This document shows, in pieces, positions 59,442-64,000 of a stretch of DNA of 64,000 nucleotides (position 1 is the first letter of the stretch; each line of letters starts with the position of its first letter). The notes under the pieces were generated by a model. That model saw nothing but the letters and a program-made list of their open reading frames with translations. It did not search any database and was not told where the DNA came from. Both the position numbers and the translations under genes were made by a program. Source of the DNA: Dehalococcoidia bacterium (lineage in GTDB: Bacteria > Chloroflexota > Dehalococcoidia > Lucifugimonadales > Australimonadaceae); the NCBI GenBank assembly GCA_965249325.1, contig CBDFLP010000020.1, positions 65,428 to 129,427 of the forward strand. The letters run 5' to 3'.

Positions 59442-59840
59442 ATGGAGAACATTGCGGGGCGTGGCGTCAGGTTCGCGGCGTTTATCGTAGACGGCGTTGC
59501 GCTGGGCGCGTTCTGGGGGGTGCTCCACGCCATCGGCATCGTGGAGTTGGGGAGCGGGGACGCTCCGGTCGACATCATTCAGCCGGTCCTGAGCGTGGTC
59601 TACTTCGTGGTGCTGACAGTCGGCTTCGGTCAGACCATTGGCAAGATGGCGCTGGGCATCAAGGTCGTCGACGCGGACGGCGACACGCCCCCGATGGGCG
59701 CCGTGCTCATGAGGGAGACCGTTGGCAAGGCCGTCTCGGCCATGGTCATCATGGTCGGTTTCATCGCCATTCTCCTCGACGGCAAGCGGCAGGGCTGGCA
59801 TGACAAGATTGCCGGAACGTTCGTGGTGAAGATGCGCTAG
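59442..59840 (+). CDS. RDD-family membrane protein (tandem paralog)
   Basis: RFAAFIVDGVA and KRQGWHDKIAGTFVV. GAGGAGG RBS. Confidence 0.8.
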   Translation: MENIAGRGVRFAAFIVDGVALGAFWGVLHAIGIVELGSGDAPVDIIQPVLSVVYFVVLTVGFGQTIGKMALGIKVVDADGDTPPMGAVLMRETVGKAVSAMVIMVGFIAILLDGKRQGWHDKIAGTFVVKMR

Positions 59841-59947
59841 AGGGGGACGTCTCGATTCGTGGCTCCCCCTTGTTTGCTGCTTCCCATCCGAGCTCGGGCG
59901 CCAGGCGCGTTACAATCTTCACGACCAACCCCCAAGGAGCGTTCTCC

Positions 59948-60544
59948 ATGCCTGACTTCTTCGACGTAGCGCGCAGCCAGCGCGGCATCGCGCACTTCAA
60001 GCCCGACCCCATACCTGCCGAGACGCTCCACCAGATACTCGAGGCGGCCACGAGGGCGCCCAGCGGAAGCAACCGCCAGCCGTGGCGTTTCGTCGTGGTC
60101 CAGGACCGCGACGTCAAGCGCAAGCTGGGCGAGCTCTACCTCGAGGGGCAGCGCAGGTCGCGCGGCTCCGCTCCGCCGCCTCGCCCCGAGGGCGAGCCGC
60201 CGCTCTTCACTCACGGCATGGCGGATGTCCCCGTCGTCGTGCTGCCGTGCGCGGAGAAGTGGCAGATTACGGGACGCGATCTCTACCGGGGCGCCTCTAT
60301 CTATCCGGCGGTGCAGAACCTGATGCTCGGCGCGGCGGCCCACGGCATCGGCTCCAGGCTCACGACGATCTGGCAGCACTGCTACGACGAGGTCGCGGAG
60401 CTCCTGGGCGTGCCGGACGACTGGGACATCATGGCGCTGATTCCCCTGGGCTATCCTCAGGAGCCCGACCATCTGGGCGGCAGCCGCCGCAAGCCCGTCT
60501 CGGAAGTCGCGTTTAAGGACATGTGGGGCGCGGCGTTTCCTTAG
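59948..60544 (+). CDS. Nitroreductase-family flavoprotein
   Basis: RAPSGSNRQPWRFVVV motif, with AAGGAG before the ATG at 59948. Confidence 0.85.
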   Translation: MPDFFDVARSQRGIAHFKPDPIPAETLHQILEAATRAPSGSNRQPWRFVVVQDRDVKRKLGELYLEGQRRSRGSAPPPRPEGEPPLFTHGMADVPVVVLPCAEKWQITGRDLYRGASIYPAVQNLMLGAAAHGIGSRLTTIWQHCYDEVAELLGVPDDWDIMALIPLGYPQEPDHLGGSRRKPVSEVAFKDMWGAAFP

Positions 60545-60783
60545 CCGCGCAGCAAAGGGAACGGTGGGCCTACGTCCCCAGCACGCCTTTGGCGAAGACC
60601 TCGTCGAGGCCGTAGCGCTTGGCCATGATGCCTTGCTCGTGGCTGATGTCGATGCACCAGTCGAGCATGCGGCGGCTCGCCTCGATGCCGTTTGCGTGGC
60701 GTCTCGTAGGGTCAAGACCAGCGGTGGACAGGTGGTCTAAACTAGGGAAGCGCGCCCGGACCGGCGCGCGAGGAGGCGGCATT

Positions 60784-61242
60784 ATGGCAAGGATTCAACG
60801 TGTTGGCCACGTAGTGCTTCGGGTAACCGACGTCGATCAGTCGGAGGCGTTCTACCGGGACGCGCTGGGGATGGAGACCGTGCGGCGCTCGGAGGGCGCG
60901 GCGTTCATGTCCTTCGGCACGCAGCATCACGATATTGGGCTGTTCAGCGTCAATGCCGAGGAGACACGCGGGAACGTCGGCCTTGGACACGTGGCCCTCG
61001 TCGCCGAGGGCGGCATGCCCGAGCTCGAAGAGCTGCACCAGCGTCTCGTCGACCACGGCGTCGAGATCGCCAGCCTGACCGACCACGGCATGACGAAGAG
61101 CGTGTACTTCAACGACCCCGACGGCAACAGGCTCGAGATATACGTCGACGTCATGACTCCGGAGGAAGGCAAGCAGTTCCTTTCGGAGCGCGTCGGTGGA
61201 GGCACGGCCCGGTTCACGTTCCAGGAGGCCGCGGCCCGGTAG
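60784..61242 (+). CDS. VOC (glyoxalase/extradiol dioxygenase fold) family protein
   Basis: VGHVVLRVTDVDQSEAFYRDALGM and HVALV...DPDGNRLEIY motifs. GAGGAGG RBS. Confidence 0.8.
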   Translation: MARIQRVGHVVLRVTDVDQSEAFYRDALGMETVRRSEGAAFMSFGTQHHDIGLFSVNAEETRGNVGLGHVALVAEGGMPELEELHQRLVDHGVEIASLTDHGMTKSVYFNDPDGNRLEIYVDVMTPEEGKQFLSERVGGGTARFTFQEAAAR

Positions 61243-61244
61243 GT

Positions 61245-62528
61245 TCACGCGCCTCGAAGGGTCCGGATGATGTCGCCGACGCGGGGACGCTGGCCGTACA
61301 TAAGCAGGTAGGCGCGGAAGAGGCGGGCCGTGAGCAGGACGGCTAGCGCCGTAAACGCCGCGAGCACGCCGAGGCTCAGAGCAACCTCCGCCGGGCTCAT
61401 CGCGTCTAGCCCGAACCGGATAAAGCCGGTCACCGGCGCGGTGAACGGCACGAGGCTCAACGCCCACGCGAGGGCTCCGTCTGGATGCTCGACCAGCACC
61501 GCGAGGAACCACATCGGTGAGACGGCCGGCAGGACGACGAACGCGGCGATGTTGTTCGCCTCCTTCTGGTTCGTGGTGATGACGCCGAGCGCGGCCTGAA
61601 TCGTGCCGAAGAAAGCGTATCCGAGCAGGAAGTATGCGAGGGCCACCGCGACCGCCTCGACGGAAGGCGCGCGCAGCTCTAACGGCGCGTTCGTTACGCG
61701 GTTGAACAGCAGCATGAAGACGATGAGCGACGTGGTCCAGACGGCCATCTGGAGCAGGCCCGCTGCGCCGAGTCCGAGCAGTTTGCCGAACATCAGCTGC
61801 TCCGGCTTCAGAGAGGAGAGCAGCACCTCCATTATCCGGTTCTCTTTCTCCTCGCTCAGCCCTTGCAGGAGATACCCGGCAGTGGTCAGCACGGAAACCA
61901 AAAGGAGCATCCCGGCGCCGAAGAAGAATAGGAAGTCTGCGTCGTCGTCCTCATCCTCGACGATCGCGCCGGACTCAGATATCTCGACGGTGGTCTGGAC
62001 GTACGGACGGATGACGCGCTCCAAGCGAGAGGCGCTTGTCTCGTCCGCGAATAGGTTGCTCAGCACGAAACCGCGCAGCGCCGCGGTGCTGGCGCTCCCG
62101 CCGCTGTCGGCCATCCGAACCCTGATGACAGAGCCCGTTTCCAGGAAATCGCGAGGGAATAGGTAAAGGGCGGCAATCTCGTCAGCCCGCAGCGCCGCCC
62201 TGCCCGCATCCTCGTTTGCGTAGGGCGTGAACACCACGTCCTCTTGTTCGCGGAACGACGTAAGCAGCGGGTTTCCATCCTCGCCGGCGGTCAGGTCAAC
62301 GTAACCTACGCTCGTTGTCTCGGCGGGCGGCCCATTCGTGTTGTCGGACGGTTCATCTCCCCCGCGCACGGCCTGAAAGATGCTTATGCCGATGAGCACG
62401 AGCACGGCGAGCACGGGCACCGCGGCGGCGAAGATGCGGAATCCGAGGCGTCCGATGGTTACGGCGAACTCGTGCCGCGCGACGAGCCATGTCTTACTCC
62501 CCATCGCGTGTCCATCGCCCGTTCTCAT
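61245..62528 (-). CDS. ABC-2 type exporter permease (NatB-like)
   Basis: An N-terminal TM, a large extracytoplasmic loop, then five C-terminal TM helices. ATGA overlap with the ATPase gene. Confidence 0.75.
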   Translation of the reverse strand: MRTGDGHAMGSKTWLVARHEFAVTIGRLGFRIFAAAVPVLAVLVLIGISIFQAVRGGDEPSDNTNGPPAETTSVGYVDLTAGEDGNPLLTSFREQEDVVFTPYANEDAGRAALRADEIAALYLFPRDFLETGSVIRVRMADSGGSASTAALRGFVLSNLFADETSASRLERVIRPYVQTTVEISESGAIVEDEDDDADFLFFFGAGMLLLVSVLTTAGYLLQGLSEEKENRIMEVLLSSLKPEQLMFGKLLGLGAAGLLQMAVWTTSLIVFMLLFNRVTNAPLELRAPSVEAVAVALAYFLLGYAFFGTIQAALGVITTNQKEANNIAAFVVLPAVSPMWFLAVLVEHPDGALAWALSLVPFTAPVTGFIRFGLDAMSPAEVALSLGVLAAFTALAVLLTARLFRAYLLMYGQRPRVGDIIRTLRGA

Positions 62529-63460
62529 TGCGGTCCATCAGGGGCGGCGGCGTTGCGCCCCACGACGCGTAGGAATATCTCCTCCAGGCTGGGAGTCGCC
62601 AGCTCGAAGCGGTCGACCTTCGCTTCACGTTCGAGCAACCAGCGCAGCACGTCCTCCGGCGCGCGCTCGTCGCCGAGGCGCAGCACGTAACCGGGGCCGT
62701 CGCGACTCGATTCGAGCACACCGTCCGCGCTTCGCGGGTCGAGGTCTGCGGCAATGAAGATCTCGCTCCCGGCGAACTGCCGTTTGATGTCGGCGAGGGG
62801 GCCGTCGAGCACGACGGTCCCGCCGTCGATCATGATGACGCGGTCGCAAAGCTCCTCGACGTCGGTCATCTGGTGGGTGGAGAACATGATGGCTGCGCCT
62901 TCGCCGCGAAGCTGTGAGACGGCGTCCTTCATAACGCGGACGTTCACTGGATCGAGCCCGGAGAAGGGTTCGTCGAGGACTATGAAGGCGGGCTCGTGAA
63001 GGATGGTGGATGCGAACTGCACGATCTGGCCGAGGCCTCGGCTCAGCTCGCTGATCTTCTTGTCGCGATGCGGCTCCAGGCCCAGGCGGATGAACAGCTC
63101 GTCAGCGCGTCGGAGGGCATGCGCCCGCCGCATTCCCTTCAGCTCTGCGAGGTAAAGAAGATTGGGGACCATTCGGAGGCTGCGGTAGAGCCCGCGCTCC
63201 TCCGGAAGGTAGCCGATGCGGCGCTGAGCATCAGGCGTAATCGGCTCGCCAAACACCGACACGGAGCCCTCGTCGGGGCGGAGGATATCCAGCAGCATGC
63301 GGATGGTGGTCGTCTTGCCGGCGCCGTTCGGCCCGACGAGGCCAACGACCTCGCCGCGGCCGATGGAAAGTGAAACGTTCCGGACCGCGACATGCCCCCC
63401 GAACCGTTTCCAGAGGCCGCGGGCTTCGATGGCCGGGTGACTTGCAGCGGCGTTGGTCAT
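62525..63460 (-). CDS. ABC transporter ATP-binding protein (NatA-like)
   Basis: Walker A GPNGAGKTT, signature LSRGLGQ and Walker B FIVLDEP. Confidence 0.9.
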   Translation of the reverse strand: MTNAAASHPAIEARGLWKRFGGHVAVRNVSLSIGRGEVVGLVGPNGAGKTTTIRMLLDILRPDEGSVSVFGEPITPDAQRRIGYLPEERGLYRSLRMVPNLLYLAELKGMRRAHALRRADELFIRLGLEPHRDKKISELSRGLGQIVQFASTILHEPAFIVLDEPFSGLDPVNVRVMKDAVSQLRGEGAAIMFSTHQMTDVEELCDRVIMIDGGTVVLDGPLADIKRQFAGSEIFIAADLDPRSADGVLESSRDGPGYVLRLGDERAPEDVLRWLLEREAKVDRFELATPSLEEIFLRVVGRNAAAPDGPQ

Positions 63461-64000
63461 GGGTCAAAGAACATGGTAGCAGCGTTCGCCGGATGCGATG
63501 GCGACGGCGCACGGAGGGCTGGAAGCTTCCTGCTTCGCGAGGGGCATCCTGAGCGCTTGCACTCCCCGTCAACCTTTCGTAATGAGGGGCACGATTAACG
63601 AAATAAGGCTTGATTCGCGCACTTCAGGACGAAAACGACCAGGGAATCAGAGGCGTTCGTATGACCGTCCAGGCTCTGGCGCAACTTCGGAGCGGCTAGG
63701 CGACGGCCAGGCTTGGCGGGAGCTTCCTCTTGGCGGCGGCCTATCGCGTCGGCGGCAATGCTGGGTCGCCTGCATCGCCCTTCGCCTCTAGTTCACCCCT
63801 TCTAGCAGGTGTCGACGCTAGTTAGGCTGGATTGTGCGAATCCGCCGAAAGATGGTGAGTTGGCGGCGGAATCAGCATGTTGACACGCCTTGCTTTAGGT
63901 GGCTAGGGTGGCCATACCCTGCGGCAAGGGATCAGCCTGTCCGCCTTCTTGGTGTTGCGGGTCTACAGACGGCTTCCTATCGATTACCGCGAATCGATTC

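Noticed and set aside
60570-60782. A 70-aa ORF on the minus strand between the nitroreductase and VOC genes (C-terminal part ...MLDWCIDISHEQGIMAKRYGLDEVFAKGVLGT).
   Set aside because: There is no RBS and no recognisable family, and the N-terminal half is Pro/Arg-rich read-through. It may be a gene remnant, but support is insufficient.
63560-63650. Possible degenerate fourth copy of the structured element (CCTTTCGTAA, CACGATTAA, TTGATTCGCGCAC).
   Set aside because: Matches are short words in a different order from the three clear copies, and the quasi-palindromic core is absent.
63879-63915. TTGACA followed 17 nt later by CTAGGG/TAGGGT near the window end, as a possible promoter.
   Set aside because: The -10 is weak and no downstream gene is visible inside the window.

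Overview
This is a 64 kb, very GC-rich chromosomal segment from an aerobic heterotroph. The gene content, an unlinked 23S rRNA and abundant GTCATTCCCGCGAAGGCGGGAATCC-type hairpin repeats suggest a Chloroflexota-like (SAR202 or sponge-symbiont-like) genome, but that is inference only.

Gene content in order:
- A form-II CoxSLM-type molybdoenzyme with CoxD and CoxE accessory genes.
- A decayed IS256-family element.
- An orphan Rieske oxygenase.
- An envelope cluster: PQQ-like propeller, SurA-like protein, lipoprotein, and a GldA/F/G-type ABC system with DUF4340.
- tyrA and a five-gene Opp/Dpp-type peptide ABC operon.
- An aromatic-catabolism cluster: bicupin, Rieske oxygenase, CDO-like cupin, amidohydrolase-2, PhtD-like decarboxylase and LigB-type extradiol dioxygenase.
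- A frameshifted tyrosine-phosphatase and ADP-ribosylglycohydrolase pair next to a tRNA-like fragment.
- An amide/N-compound cluster: SDR, double isochorismatase-like hydrolase, amidohydrolase-2, GNAT, an amidase with an AtzG/GatC-like small subunit, and an MBL hydrolase.
- VapBC, lysA, holB, Uma2 (frameshifted), a nucleotidyltransferase and a GT4 glycosyltransferase.
- glpX, a class I aldolase and a CaCA exchanger.
- A caa3-type cytochrome oxidase operon with ctaG.
- A stand-alone 23S rRNA followed by an initiator tRNA.
- Two RDD proteins, a nitroreductase, a VOC protein and an ABC-2 exporter.

The most unusual signal is not a protein system. It is a roughly 300-350 bp structured intergenic element present three times, each copy pointing at the next transcription unit. 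Its roughly 40 bp quasi-palindromic core is flipped relative to the flanks in one copy, and an IS256 is inserted in another.

Five single-base frameshifts hit only accessory genes. They could be real decay or assembly error. All calls rest on reading the sequence and translations by eye. No database search was run.
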